64,000 nt of DNA from Eledone cirrhosa (GCA_964016885.1 OZ024747.1:11284001-11348000), one strand, 5' to 3'. Counted from the stretch's first letter, positions 14,401 through 26,302 are shown. Made by a program: numbers and translations. Notes: generated by a model from the sequence alone, not told the origin.

Positions 14401-17400
14401 ATGAGATGGGTGGTAAAGTGGCAGTAGTTGTAGGGGGGGACGTGGTACTAAATAAAGATGGTGTGTCTACATAGTCAACAGTTGGTAGAAATACTGTAGA
14501 TGGGTTAGCTTTCAATTGTTGCGGAGAATACGAGCAGATATTTGTATGTGGTTGGCGGTAAGGAATTGGCTGGCTGGATATGGCAGACCGCCTTTGACAG
14601 TTTATGTTCCACAACTGTGAAAAACAGTTATTTTTTGTAAAGAACTGATCAGAGTTTGAAATTCTTCCTTCGTCAATATTGCTGTTATTGCCACAGTCTT
14701 TACCCCATGGCTCATTGATTGTCTTTTCATTTACAGCAGCAGGCTCAACAACTGTTGCTAACATAGAATCAGATTTACTAAAGCCTTCCTTCTCACATTC
14801 TGGCTGTGGCTCTTGCCATAGCAATCTCATATCTAATACAAATTGTTCCGGCCATTTTTCATTGCCATGAGCAAAAAGTTCGGCAGAGAGAGTTGAACCT
14901 AATTTATTATATATAGCAGTGAAATAGTCTTCAGGTGTTTCGGTCATTTGACTGTTTCTCAGGAAGTTGGGATAGTGACCTGGAGTAAGGATAGGGCTAC
15001 GAATTACTGCTGGCATATCTACATTTTTCCAAGCCTCTCCTGGCATATCTACATTTTTCCAAGTATCTCCTGGCATATCCACATTTTTCCAAGCCTCTCC
15101 TGGCATATCTACATTTTTCCAAGCCTCTCCTGGTATATCCATATCTTTCCAACTATCTTCTGGCAGTGATTCAGCACAAGTATAAAGACTATCCAATATT
15201 TCACTGTTTGCTTCAGTCTCTTCAATCTTGATGTCCAGTAACTTCTCATCACTGGACACACAAGTCTTTTCATTGGGATTTGGAGTATGTTTGGATTGAC
15301 ATTCCCCAATATGGGTGAGATATGAGAGGTCAACAAGAGAGAGGGATGACGTAGAACAGGGAGACATTGAGGAAGGGGGAGTGTTGACAGCAGACGAACA
15401 GACGGAAGAGGTGTTCACTTTGCCATTCTCAGTGTTATTCATTGAAGGAAGTCTAGGGCTGAGGTATGAGTGGCTGGTTGGGCAAGTAAAACTGGAAAGC
15501 AATGAGGAGGCTGATGTAGTGGTAGTAGTAAGAGTAGCATTAGCAACTGAGGATTTATCGGGGAGAGAACCCTGATGAGAGTCAGTGAGAAGTAACTGGG
15601 GTGTGAGTACAATACTTGTAACTGCAGTGGCTCGCTCAGGTGGTTGGATATCAACAAGCAAATGCTCGGGACATGACCACACATTTTCAATGTTTGGTTC
15701 AGTGGTTAAACACCTGCTATTTTGGTGGCTCTTCTCAAAGTTTTCACCTATATGTGAAGAGTAGCTGACTATTTGAGAACTACTACTAGTTGTAGTTGTA
15801 GTAGTAGAAGTATTGGTCACAGCTGGCCACAGGTTAGTACTGGTCATCGTAGTTAGCAAAGTATCATTAGTAGAGTTCACACCTGTAGTTATATTGCTAA
15901 TTAGACTATCACCTGATTTTACATTAGCAACAACCATCAGATCTTTATCACTGTGGCTACTCTGGGCCTCTGGAGAGCCAACTTGTTTACTGGATGGACA
16001 AAAACTGTCAACTGGAGCTGTTTCATTGGTGGTGCTTGCTGTTGAAAGGACATAGGGATCTTCCTGGTAAATAGGGGGTTGACTTTCAACAAAAGGGCCA
16101 AGTAACATGGAGAAATTATCAGTCTTATCTTCTGTGCAAGGCTGAATATCAACTAATGACGATGGTGAAGAGAGTGGGTAGCTGTGCCTCTTATAGAGTC
16201 GGGCACGCAATTTATTGTTAGAAGCCAGGTTACTGATTGAAGGGACTTCAGAAATTGTAGTACATACAACAGGAGAGCAACCCACAGTATGAAATGGGTC
16301 TTCAAAATTGCTCTCATACCAAGAAGAGTCCTCACGAAATGCTTCACAAACCATACTAGGCACTGGGTTTATCTCCTCGTCGTTGCTCCATTTCATATCT
16401 CGAAAACTTTGGTCATAGTAACTATAATTGATCTCATTAAGAAGAAACAGTGGGGATGAACCTGTAGGGGAAGGATGATCCATCGCCGAAACAGATTGTG
16501 GAGCTGTTGTTTGTCTCAGTGCTGCTGGCCTAGCAGCTAGTTGTTGTTGTTTCCTCAGCACATGTTGTTGCTTCAATATCTCTGGGTTATGCTGCTGATA
16601 CTGGTGGTCATTCATGAGCCAGTGTGAAGTATGGTAGGGAGAATATGGCTGTCTGTCTGCAGCCAAAGCTGGACGTTTCTCATTAGATGAGAGGAGGATA
16701 TCTTTGAGAATATTCTCCACAATTATACAATATTTCTGACCCTCTCTATCAGAACATATTCTGCTTTTATGATCAGAATTGTTGTAGTCAACTCCTTTCC
16801 TATAATAGTAATGGCCTTGCCTCATACTCTCATTGCCTCCGCCACCCACTACTGGCTGCTGTTGGTACTGCTGCTGCTGCAGTTGTTGTTGTTGTTGTTG
16901 TTGGGTGACAGTCTGACTTCCTAAATGTTGTATCTCAGCAGGCATATCACATGCCAGAGTACGGTACAATTTACTCTTGCTTGAGGCAGTTCTCTGTTGC
17001 TGTTGAGGTTGCTTCATAGGAACCATGTGCAGTGGGTAAAAACTGGAATTAGGCTGCCTGTTCCGAGCTAAGCTGTTGCTTTCTATCTTTTTATGGACAT
17101 TCTCTTTGTTTCCATGGTGAGTGTGAAAACCTCGAGTACCAAGCCGGCTGGCACTATCATTCCTGCAACGAACCTTACCATTGCGCCTACTCTTCATTTG
17201 AAACTTGTTCTCTTTAGTGCTGGAAGGAAATGATGCAGGAGTGGCGCTGAAATTATTACTACCAACAGATTGGTATTGGGACCTTTTATCTGCTTTTACT
17301 TGGTGCAATTGTCGTTTATGTTGCATCATCATCAGCTGCTGTTGCTGCTGTTGTTTCTGATGTTGCAGTTGCTGCTGCTGTTGTTGTTCTTGCTGCTGCT

Positions 17401-20400
17401 GAAGCTTTTTCTTCCAAACATTTGAATTATCTGATCCTGGAATCACAGTGGAAGGAGACCCTGTAGTGGGTGTGGTCTGGGAAGAATCGGTCGACAGGGC
17501 AGGAAATGCAGCATAGTACCTTGAAGAGAATGGAAAATGGAGAGTATTAGCTTTGAGACATATCAATGAAGAACTTATTAACACAGAACAACGATAACTG
17601 TTTCTACTTTAGGTATAAGGCCAAAGAGGAGGGGAAAGTCAATTAAATTAACCCCAGTGCATTACTGGTACTTTATTTTAATGATCCCATAAGGATGAAA
17701 AGTAAAGCTAACCTCGGTGGGATTTGAAATCAGAACAAGTTTTTGGTCATTTTCCCAGCTAAATCAGGGGTTAGCCTTTGACCCCATAAGTGTCTCCATG
17801 CTTCCCTATCGTCTGAATCTCCCCTCATCTACTTCCTCCATCTTTAGCTGTTTTTATTTTAGACTTTACCTTCCTCTATTTCCTTCTATATTCATTTACA
17901 CTACTCCTCTCCCCCAGAACCCCCCCCCCCTCTCCTCCTCCACCACTCCACTCAGACTGTGAGGCAGTCTATATTTAGTCTGGTCAAATAGCCATTTGTC
18001 TTGATAGATGAGAGCTGGAACAAATAAGACTTACCTTTCAACGGGATCTTGTTTTACACACTTCGAACTGTCAGTTCTATCTACTGACGAGACAGGTACA
18101 GCCTCTCTATGAGTTGCTGCAACGCAGATAAGAAAATATGTTAATTAGCTATACAGTGTGTGTGTGTGTGTGCATATCGACTTGCTTTTACATGCATGCA
18201 CATGAATTAAAATAATGAAATTTACAGTTCCCACCTAAGTAGGTTTAACTGGCCCCCTACAAGGTTGTATCTTATAGGAGTTTTCATGGATGTTTTAATG
18301 ATATGGGTCCCAGTCCTGTCATGTTATCTAACCTATGTAGGTTTAGCTGGCCTCCTACAAAGTGGCATTTCTTAGGAGGTTTCTTGGGTGTTTTAATGAT
18401 AGGGACCCCAATCCTATCAAGCAATGTGAAATCAAGTCTGACTGATGTTTTGGGTTTGTGTGTTATGAAGAATTTTGAATATTTCTACAACTATTTCAAG
18501 AAACATCTATTCAACTCACTGGTTACCTTCATGTCACCAACATGACCACTTTACAAGATAGACTGATTGCTTTTTGTCATGTCACCAACACAACCACTTT
18601 ACAAGGTGGATTGGGTGCTTTTTGTTGAGCAATCAACATGACCACTTTACAGAGTGGACTGGATGCTTTTTGTCGTGCAGTGCATAGAAACAAAATTTGC
18701 AACTTGAATGTAAGAAATATTAAGCAAGTATATATGTGTTATTAACTGTCTGTTGTGTTGCAAGTATGTATGTTACTATAACTGTCTGTTGTGTTGCAAG
18801 TATGTATGTTATCATAACTGTCTGTTATGTTGCAAGTATGTATGTTATAACTGTCTGTTATGTTGCAAGTATGTATGTTACTATAACTGTCTGTTGTGTT
18901 GCAAGTATGTATGTTATCATAACTGTCTGTTATGTTGCAAGTATGTATGTTACTATAACAGTCTGTTGTGTTGCAAGTATGTATGTTACTATAACTGTTT
19001 GTTGTATTTGATCTATCATTAGTAATGGCTATCAATAAAATGCTGGTTGATAGTGATACACAGAGAACCAAGTATTTTTCTAGAGATACTTACACTCTTT
19101 CTTTTCCAATTCTTTTAACTTGAGCATTAATTCTTCTATTAACTTCTCAATTCCTCCAGCTTGAACCTGTGGATTGAAATAAGATCCATTATAGACAGAA
19201 AAAAGCAGTTTAACACTTTTCTGACCATATTTCTAACAAAATCATTTCAGTTCATTAATTAAACATTTTGAGAGATTTACTACATTACTAATATAGGAAC
19301 TTAACATATGATTCTCTTATAAAATTTTGTTGGAAGATTTTAATTTGAATAGGAACCCTTTAAAATGAGTGGTTTTGTTTCCTAGAACCAGAGCCAGTTT
19401 TGGCTGGGTTGGTAAAAGGTTTAAGACTCTGTTGAACTCTAGTTTTGAAGTAGCATTTGAATTTTCGTACAGGAGTTGAAAAGACTGAATTTTTAATAGT
19501 TAATTTCATAAAATGTGAGGATAATTTAATCAAATTAAATTTGGTATATATAAACATATTTAACCCTTTTCAGTTCTACAGCTTTTTTTTTTACTATATT
19601 GCAAAAAACAAAACAAAACAGTATAAGTTAATTGTCAAAAACAAACTGTTTTAGACCAATATGTTGCCTGTGTAGTGCTTTTGGTTATTTTGTTGTGTGA
19701 TATATCAGCCAGGTGAGGGTTAAGCATATTTCTGATTCTCTATACCTCAAGGATCTCATCAAATCACCATGTGGGCTTTGCACAACTAAAAAGACCCTAA
19801 TTCTTCAAAGACAGAAATCCTCCAATGAATGCCTTAATTCTAACAGCAAGATATTTACACACATATACTTCAGACACACACATACACTTCAGACACATAC
19901 ACACACACATACACTTCAGACACACATACACACGCACATATACTTCAGACATACACACATATATACTTCAAACTGACATTCACACAAATATACTCATATC
20001 TAGAGATGTCAAATATCTAAAAGACCAATACTTACATCATCACAAACCTCCAGAAGGCACTGAACTGCTTCTCTCTTTTTGCTCTCCTCTTCAGACAAAG
20101 GCAGCAGCTTCTCCCTCTTGTTTACACCTTTCTGCCGGCGCCCTTGAGTAGTTGTAGTCCCTGCCAGAGAGAGCCCTGCATTAGCAGAGAGGTAGGCTTT
20201 AGTATTGTTCATGGAACTGATTCCCTTAGATTCGTCTGGCATAACTTTAGTGGTAGTCTGGCTGTGAGTGCTAGTAGCAACACTGGCTTCTCGTCGATGG
20301 TGAGACATGCTGCCAGGGATGATCCCTTCAGTAGAGCCACAGCTACTGTTGTCTTCGTGACTGTCTTTGTCCTGTTGTAGGAGCAAACTAATAATATAAC

Positions 20401-21247
20401 GAGAGTAGACTGATTCAATACCCCGCATGTCCAATTCTGATTGAAACCAGTTGTGTACCGAGCTGGTGGACCTTCGCAACGATGATGTCGATGACAGAGG
20501 TGAGGACATCATCATCATCATTGTAGTTGTCAGTAGAGGAGCTACTGATGAAGAACACACCAGGTTCTGGCTTGACACAGGCCTTGAAGAAAACTGATGC
20601 AGATCTGAAACAGCCACAGCACCACTGGAGTTAGTTGTTGTTGTTGCTGCTACTGCTGCCGCTGATGGTGTTATTGTCATGGCAACAGCAGTAGCTGGCG
20701 GTGGTGGTGGTGCTGGTGGTAAATCCTTGCTAGCCTCCGAAGATGAGGATAGACCTGAAGATAATGACATGGTAGTGGAGGAGACCGGGAATGGAGGAGA
20801 AAGAAGAGGAGGAGGAGGAGAGGTGCGGGAAAGAGGAGAAGATTGAGGAATTCGCACCGTTAACATGGTGGAGGTGGTAGAGGTGCTGGTAGTAGTGAGA
20901 GTAGTTAACATCAGTGAATTAGCAGCCCCCACCACTGATTCCACAGTTGTTGGTGGAGGTGGTGGTGGTGGTGGTTGTGATGGTAGTGGTGGTGGTTGTG
21001 GCTCCACAACAGAACTTTTTAATTCCACTTCAGTCACACCTTCATACATCCGTAATTCTGGATCTCTCATTAGAGTTCTACTACACACACCTGTGGTTGT
21101 TTCTGCAACTGTTTCCCCACCACCTGCTCCAGAGTCTGCTGCTGCAGATGGGCAGTGGCAGCACTGCTGATATTGAAGCCAGGAATAATACTGGCCCCTA
21201 GCATTGCTGCTGTTGTGGGGCCAAAGACCAAACGGTGGATGAAGCAT
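3576..21247 (-). CDS. KIAA0232: KIAA0232/DUF4603-like protein with C-terminal tandem CCCH zinc fingers, spliced: join(21247..20036,19166..19094,18116..18035,17519..10982,5509..5347,4838..4682,4421..4259,3614..3576), about 2808 aa
   Basis: Motifs [38 protein letters not shown]|[22 protein letters not shown] and [10 protein letters not shown] match my recollection of the conserved KIAA0232 blocks. All 7 introns are GT..AG with matching phases (0,1,2,0,1,2,0). The start is the first in-frame ATG (21247) and is uncertain. Confidence 0.85.
4259..4421 (-). CDS. KIAA0232: Coding exon 7 (Thr/Ala/Ser-rich tail)
   Basis: Long polypyrimidine acceptor ...cctgtttcag|T; donor AAT|gtaagt; 163 nt and open in the required phase. 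Confidence 0.8.
4682..4838 (-). CDS. KIAA0232: Coding exon 6: two CCCH zinc fingers
   Basis: [19 protein letters not shown] (C-x7-C-x4-C-x3-H) and [20 protein letters not shown] (C-x7-C-x5-C-x3-H); acceptor ttttag|GG; donor GC|gtgagt. Confidence 0.93.
5347..5509 (-). CDS. KIAA0232: Coding exon 5 (NVNKS...[11 protein letters not shown]...LKS)
   Basis: Acceptor catcttctcatttcag|AAT; donor C|gtgagt; phases 0 and 1 link the giant exon to the CCCH exon. Confidence 0.87.
5934..6090 (+). mobile_element. tRNA-derived SINE (abundant family)
   Basis: A box TGGCAGAGTCG, B-box-like TTCAAAT and body 'actttgc(c/t)tttcgtcc...aataaaa..taccagt'. Related copies lie at about 17600-17735(-), 35590-35725(-), 37195-37360(+), 38000-38160(-), 38705-38790(+), 39060-39140(-) and 55800-56160(+). 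Confidence 0.75.
8330..9000. repeat. 30-bp minisatellite (acatgttgtctagttgacataaacagttgt), about 22 units, intronic
   Basis: Perfect central units and divergent edge units. The [13 protein letters not shown] is an artefact of the 30-nt period. Confidence 0.95.
9460..9702. mobile_element. TTAA-flanked MITE-like element
   Basis: Ends ttaactctttt-actacca / tggtatgataagggttaa. Related copies at about 9280-9450, 19210-19425, 23210-23400 and 36140-36335. Confidence 0.5.
10982..17519 (-). CDS. KIAA0232: Giant coding exon 4 (6538 nt, about 2180 aa, mostly low-complexity)
   Basis: Uninterrupted ORF; acceptor ccattctcttcaag|G; donor TCG|gtaagt; contains [18 protein letters not shown], polyQ, polyN and Ser/Thr tracts. 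Confidence 0.93.
15009..15165 (-). repeat. In-frame 30-nt coding minisatellite ([10 protein letters not shown], about 5 copies)
   Basis: Tandem units visible in both DNA and protein. Confidence 0.92.
18035..18116 (-). CDS. KIAA0232: Coding exon 3 (STHREAV...QDPVER)
   Basis: Acceptor ttttcttatctgcgttgcag|CA; donor AG|gtaagt; 82 nt, phase 1 to phase 2. Confidence 0.88.
18745..19005. repeat. About 36-bp minisatellite (aactgtctgttgtgttgcaagtatgtatgttactat), about 7 units
   Basis: Direct inspection. Confidence 0.93.
19094..19166 (-). CDS. KIAA0232: Coding exon 2 ([24 protein letters not shown])
   Basis: Acceptor tcttatttcaatccacag|GTT; donor T|gtaagt; helix resembles the KIAA0232 GIETLVEEL segment as I recall it. 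Confidence 0.9.
20036..21247 (-). CDS. KIAA0232: Coding exon 1 (Pro/Ser/Thr-rich extension plus conserved KIAA0232 N-terminal block)
   Basis: Donor GAT|gtaagt at 20036/20035; first in-frame ATG at 21247; strong acceptor ctttcactcctctctttcctag at 21283 just upstream. Confidence 0.82.
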
Positions 21248-22023
21248 TAGGGCAGGCGAAACATGTGGCTGCAGCAGTTGTGCTAGGAAAGAGAGGAGTG
21301 AAAGAGTGAGCAAAGTAAATGGGTTCCTGGCCAGTTGCAGCAGAGAGTTCAGAAAGATTTGATGGTAGAACAGGAAGAAGAAAATGATAGAGAGAAGAGT
21401 TTTCAAGAGCCATTTCAGTTTGGTGGTGAAAATGGAAAAGATATGAGCAAAAGGTGCGGGAGAGAGTCAACACAAAAGGGGCATAGTTAACAAAAACAAA
21501 ATAACTAAGTAAGAGAGAAAGGATGCAGCTAAAAGATGTAAAGTTTGAGCCAAACAGATGAATGAGAAGGGCAGAGGTGAGCAAAGGACGGTTGCTGGTT
21601 TTAATAGAGTTGAGGGGTTTGCTTGTTGTTTGGGACTTGATGGTGAGGAGACCTGAGTGATGGTTACAATAAGTAGTAAACAATTTACTTTGAAGTAAAA
21701 ACAACAACAAAGTGGGGGTGACTTTAGTGGTAAAGCAACTGGAATTCAATTTAAGTGATAGAGTTTCAATACAATTATCATACAAACCACATTTTCTCAG
21801 AGTAATTAACCTGGCCATAACGGAACAAGTAAGCAATCCAGTTGCAGTGGTTTGTGCTACTAAAGTCTGTATTTATTATTATTATTATTATTTACTATTA
21901 TTATTACTATTATTAGTTTTTCTGTTGTAAAGTTACTTTTTTTTACTATAAATTCAAAGAAAAAATCGTAATTGTGAAGGTATGTCCTTGGTTTTCTTGA
22001 GTTTATTTAATTTTCAAAGTTAC

Positions 22024-22546
22024 CTTTTAAAAATTTATTTAACTAGAATTAAGATAAAGGTGAAGTGAATTTAACAGAGATTAAGAAAATAGGTATAGTT
22101 TTTTGACAAAAAACGTTAACGAAAGAAAAAAACTATTTTTAAATATGGTCAAGAAGATGGTTAAAAACAGTAAGAAAGAGTTGGGTAAAGCAACCAGTTT
22201 GCAATTCCCAGGGCTCTCGCCAAGAAGCAGAATGAGTGTGTGTGTAAGGAAGAAAGGAGCAACTAAGAAATATAAGGGCTACAAAGCTTCTAGAACCACC
22301 AAAGAGACTCTTGCAGGTTTTGGCAACCACAAGAAGTGAGGAAGACTCTTCACTTTTGTAGCAGCCAACACTGCTGAGCAATGTAGGAATATGTTGAAGA
22401 CGTTGTTGCACTACAGCATTTCTAGCCATGATTAGGGGGCAGCCCCTTTGGCTCTGTAGCCAGAATACCTACTCCATGATTAGGGGGCAGCCCCTGAGGC
22501 TCCGTAGCCACAATACCTAATCCATCATTAGTCCAAGACAGCAGCC
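22024..22546 (-). other. Putative 5'-UTR exon with uORFs
   Basis: Acceptor tttattttctttgaattgcag|GG at 22546. Possible donor AAG|gtaact at 22024, or the exon may run on into coding exon 1. Confidence 0.5.
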
Positions 22547-25500
22547 CTGCAATTCAAAGAAAATAAACTGTAAATATTTCACAAAGAAATACACAATCTA
22601 ACAAACAAATAGTGTTTTCATACATTTCAACATAAAGTGTAATTTCAGGGATGTGACCAGGTGGTTAGGGTATTGGACTTATGATCATGAGGTTGTCAGT
22701 TCAATTCGTGGATGAGCAGTGAGTTGCATTCTTGAACAAGATACTTCATTTCATATTGCTTTTCGTCAAAGACAGTGAGGTCAACATCTATCCCATCCAA
22801 GTACCCAGTACAGTGCAGAAATATAAATAGGCAAGATGTTGGCCCTTGGCCTACCCCTGCACCTGGTACTGTGCAAGAATGTAGGTAAGCAAGATACAGA
22901 CCCCCAACCTATCTGAGAGGTCAGTAGCTCCACTTGATATTGACTTGGTCTGTGGTAACTAGTCCAACCTTTGCTAGCAGGGAAAATGGACATTAAATGA
23001 TGATGACTAGGGATATACAACTTTGTAGAGCTCCAGGTATGAACCGTAAATTTAATTATCATCATAAAGTGCATTTCTGAACATTTTATATAAAGGATAT
23101 TTGTGTGTATGTTGGGCCTTTGTTGTTTCAGATGAGTGCTCCGGTTGTTTGAACGAGAGAACAGCCAGCACAGGAAATGTATGAGCAAGTGGCTGAGCAA
23201 TCAACCAAGTAGTTAACATGTTCATTACCATATCTCTAATAAAAGACACAACACATGATTTTCAAATCATTTTGAAAATAAGAATTTGGAGGGATTTAGT
23301 AATATAATATTTTTATTATTTACCGGGTGATTGGAATTTACCGGGTGATGAAATTTGACAAAGGTTCTTACATAAAAGTGTTTAGATAACTATAAAAACT
23401 TTTATCTCTTATCATACTGTAATGATTTTGCAAAAAATGACTAAAAATGGGTTTGTTAATTCAAATATTTATCATACCTTTACTGGTAGGCAGGTCATTG
23501 TGAATATCTGCAGTAAACTACTTTAGTTTTTAATGTGATGTAGTCATAGTGATGCTTTGTACTTCTTGCATTAGCAAGAATGTCTTGCTAATGCATTTCC
23601 ATGTGGTATAGAACCTTGCTAAAGCACTTTCATGGGGTACAGGATATTAACAGTTAAAATAAACAATTTGGCATCATAGCTCCAGGGACAGTTTCAGGTG
23701 GTTTAGTATGAAAAGGTATAATCTTGTGTGGTGATGGCTACAATTGTAAAATATTGGATTGAATACTTTACAATATTCAGTTAAGTGTACTACCTTTCTG
23801 AGTGGAAACCTTACAAAGGAGACTTTGCCTTGCTTCCTTCTGAGATTAGTAAAATATATACTAGTGATATACTGGAGTTAATTGACTACATGACTTGTCA
23901 AGATAAATCATTATTATCACTAGTACCCACAACACTTTATAATGGTCAGACAATGTTATCTGAAATGATAGCTCAACAAAGATTGTGATTGGCAAGTCAC
24001 GGTATGAGGCATCCTCAAAAAGTAGTCACAAATCTGGTGTTATGGCAAATTAACTGTGGAAGATTGGGATTGATAGGTCAGTGTGTGTGTGACATCTTGA
24101 AGAAATGACATCTTGTGTGCTGGTCATCTACATGATAAAGAAAACCAGTACACATTCGAAAATGGTTGGTGATAGGAAGGATATCTAACTGTAGAAAACT
24201 TGTCAAACAAAGAGTCAGGAAGACGCTTCAGTTGCGTCAAAGATCTCCCCAGGGCTGGCATTATGATAAAATGCACTTGGCAGAGCTTGAGATCATATGT
24301 AACTAAGATGCAGACCCCCCAACCCATCTGTGAGGCCAATAGCTCCACTTGAATACTGACTCAGTCAGTGGCAACCTGTTGAATGCCTGCTAACAGGGGA
24401 AATAGATGTTAAATGATGAAGACGATGATACATATACAACAGATTTTTGGCAGTTTCCATCTACTAAATTTCACTGACAAGGCATTAATCAACCCAAGGC
24501 TATAGTAGAAGACACTTAAGGTGCCACACAATAAGAGTAAACCCAGAAGCACATGGTTGCAAAACAAACTCCTTAACCACACAGCCATGTCTGTATCTAG
24601 TATATTACAGGAAGTAAAATATCACAACACATTTAAAATATAGATTTCAATGTTTCTCATTGTTGAGGTAGATGTATGACTGATTGGAGTCATCTTGTTA
24701 AAACTAAAGAACCACTATGGAGTAGTGATGGTGTGTATATTGTTATGTCTATGTAGTAGTGGTGTATATATTGTTATGTCTATGTAGTAGTGGTGTATAT
24801 ATTATGTCTATGCCTATGTAGTGGTGTATATATTGTTGTTATGTCTATGTAGTAGTGGTGTATATATTGTTGTTATGTCTATGTAGTAGTGGTGTGTATA
24901 TATTGTTATGTCTATATAGTAGTAGTGGTGTATATATTGTTGTGTCTATGTAGTGGTGTATATATTGTTGTTATGTCTATGTAGTGGTGTATATATTGTT
25001 GTTATGTCTATGTAGTGGTGTATATATTGTTGTTATATCTATGTAGTAGTAGTGGTGTATATATTGTTATGTCTATGTTTATGTAGTGGTGTATATATTG
25101 TTATTATGTCTATGTAGTAGTAGTGGTGTATATATTGTTGTGTCTATGTAGTGGTGTATATATTGTTGTTATGTCTATGTAGTGGTGTATATATTGTTGT
25201 TATGTCTATGTAGTGGTGTATATATTGTTGTTATGTCTATGTAGTGGTGTATATATTGTTGTTATATCTATGTAGTAGTAGTGGTGTATATATTGTTATG
25301 TCTATGTAGTGGTGTATATATTGTTGTTATATCTATGTAGTAGTAGTGGTGTATATATTGTTGTTATATCTATGTAGTAGTAGTGGTGTATATATTGTTA
25401 TGTCTATGTTTATGTAGTGGTGTATATATTGTTATTATGTCTATGTAGTAGTAGTGGTGTATATATTGTTATGTCTATGTCTATGTAGTAGTAGTGGTGT

Positions 25501-26068
25501 ATATATTGTTATGTCTATGGAGTGGTGTATACATTGTTGTTATGTCTATGCCTATGTAGTGGTGTATATATTGTTGTTATGTCTATGTGGTGGTGTATAT
25601 ATTGTTGTTATATCTATGTAGTAGTAGTGGTGTATATATTGTTATGTCTATGTTTATGTAGTGGTGTATATATTGTTATTATGTCTATGTAGTAGTAGTG
25701 GTGTATATATTGTTATGTCTATGTCTATGTAGTAGTAGTGGTGTATATATTGTTATGTCTATGGAGTGGTGTATACATTGTTGTTATGTCTATGCCTATG
25801 TAGTGGTGTATATATTGTTGTTATGTCTATGTAGTGGTGTATATATTGTTGTTATATCTATGTAGTAGTAGTGGTGTATATATTGTTATGTCTATGTCTA
25901 TGTAGTGGTGTATACATTGTTGTTATGTCTATGCTTATGTAGTGGTGTATATATTGTTGTTATGTCTATGGAGTGGTGTATACATAGTTATGTCTATATA
26001 AGAGTGGGAATGATGTGTATATAATATATATATATTGTTATATCTATGTAGGAATGGCAATGATGTGT

Positions 26069-26250
26069 CATCATCATCATCGTTTTATGTCCGTTCTTCC
26101 ACGCTAGCATGGGTTAGACAGGTTGTCCTGTTGTGGCAGTGTCCAGTCTGCTAACCATGTCTTGCCATAGGGGAACTGATTCTGGCTTGATTTCAACAGC
26201 TGGATGCCCTTCCTAACACCAACCTCATTTACAGTGTGTGCTGGGTGTAT
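26069..26250 (-). mobile_element. RTE-type 3' tail / RTE-dependent SINE with (ATG)n end
   Basis: catcatcatcg..gtccgttcttccacgctagcatgggttagac...cagctggatgcccttcctaacaccaacc is nearly identical to the 3' UTR attached to the RTE ORF at 47260-47470. More than 10 other copies occur in the window (e.g. 3830-4010, 5010-5260, 27890-28180, 43205-43430, 57500-57770). Confidence 0.8.
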
Positions 26251-26302
26251 ATAATATATATTGTTATGTCTATGTAGGAGTGGCAATGGTGTGTATATAA
26301 TA

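Noticed and set aside
11230-16347. Antisense and alternative-frame ORFs within the giant exon
   Set aside because: Shadows of the real coding frame.
17520-17584. N-terminus of the 2206-aa ORF (MLISSSL...)
   Set aside because: Non-ATG start lying in the intron's polypyrimidine tract; the exon begins at 17519.
21248-21406. Hydrophobic, signal-peptide-like N-terminus (MKTLLSIIFFF...)
   Set aside because: Starts at TTG and reflects the pyrimidine-rich sequence upstream of the acceptor at 21283.
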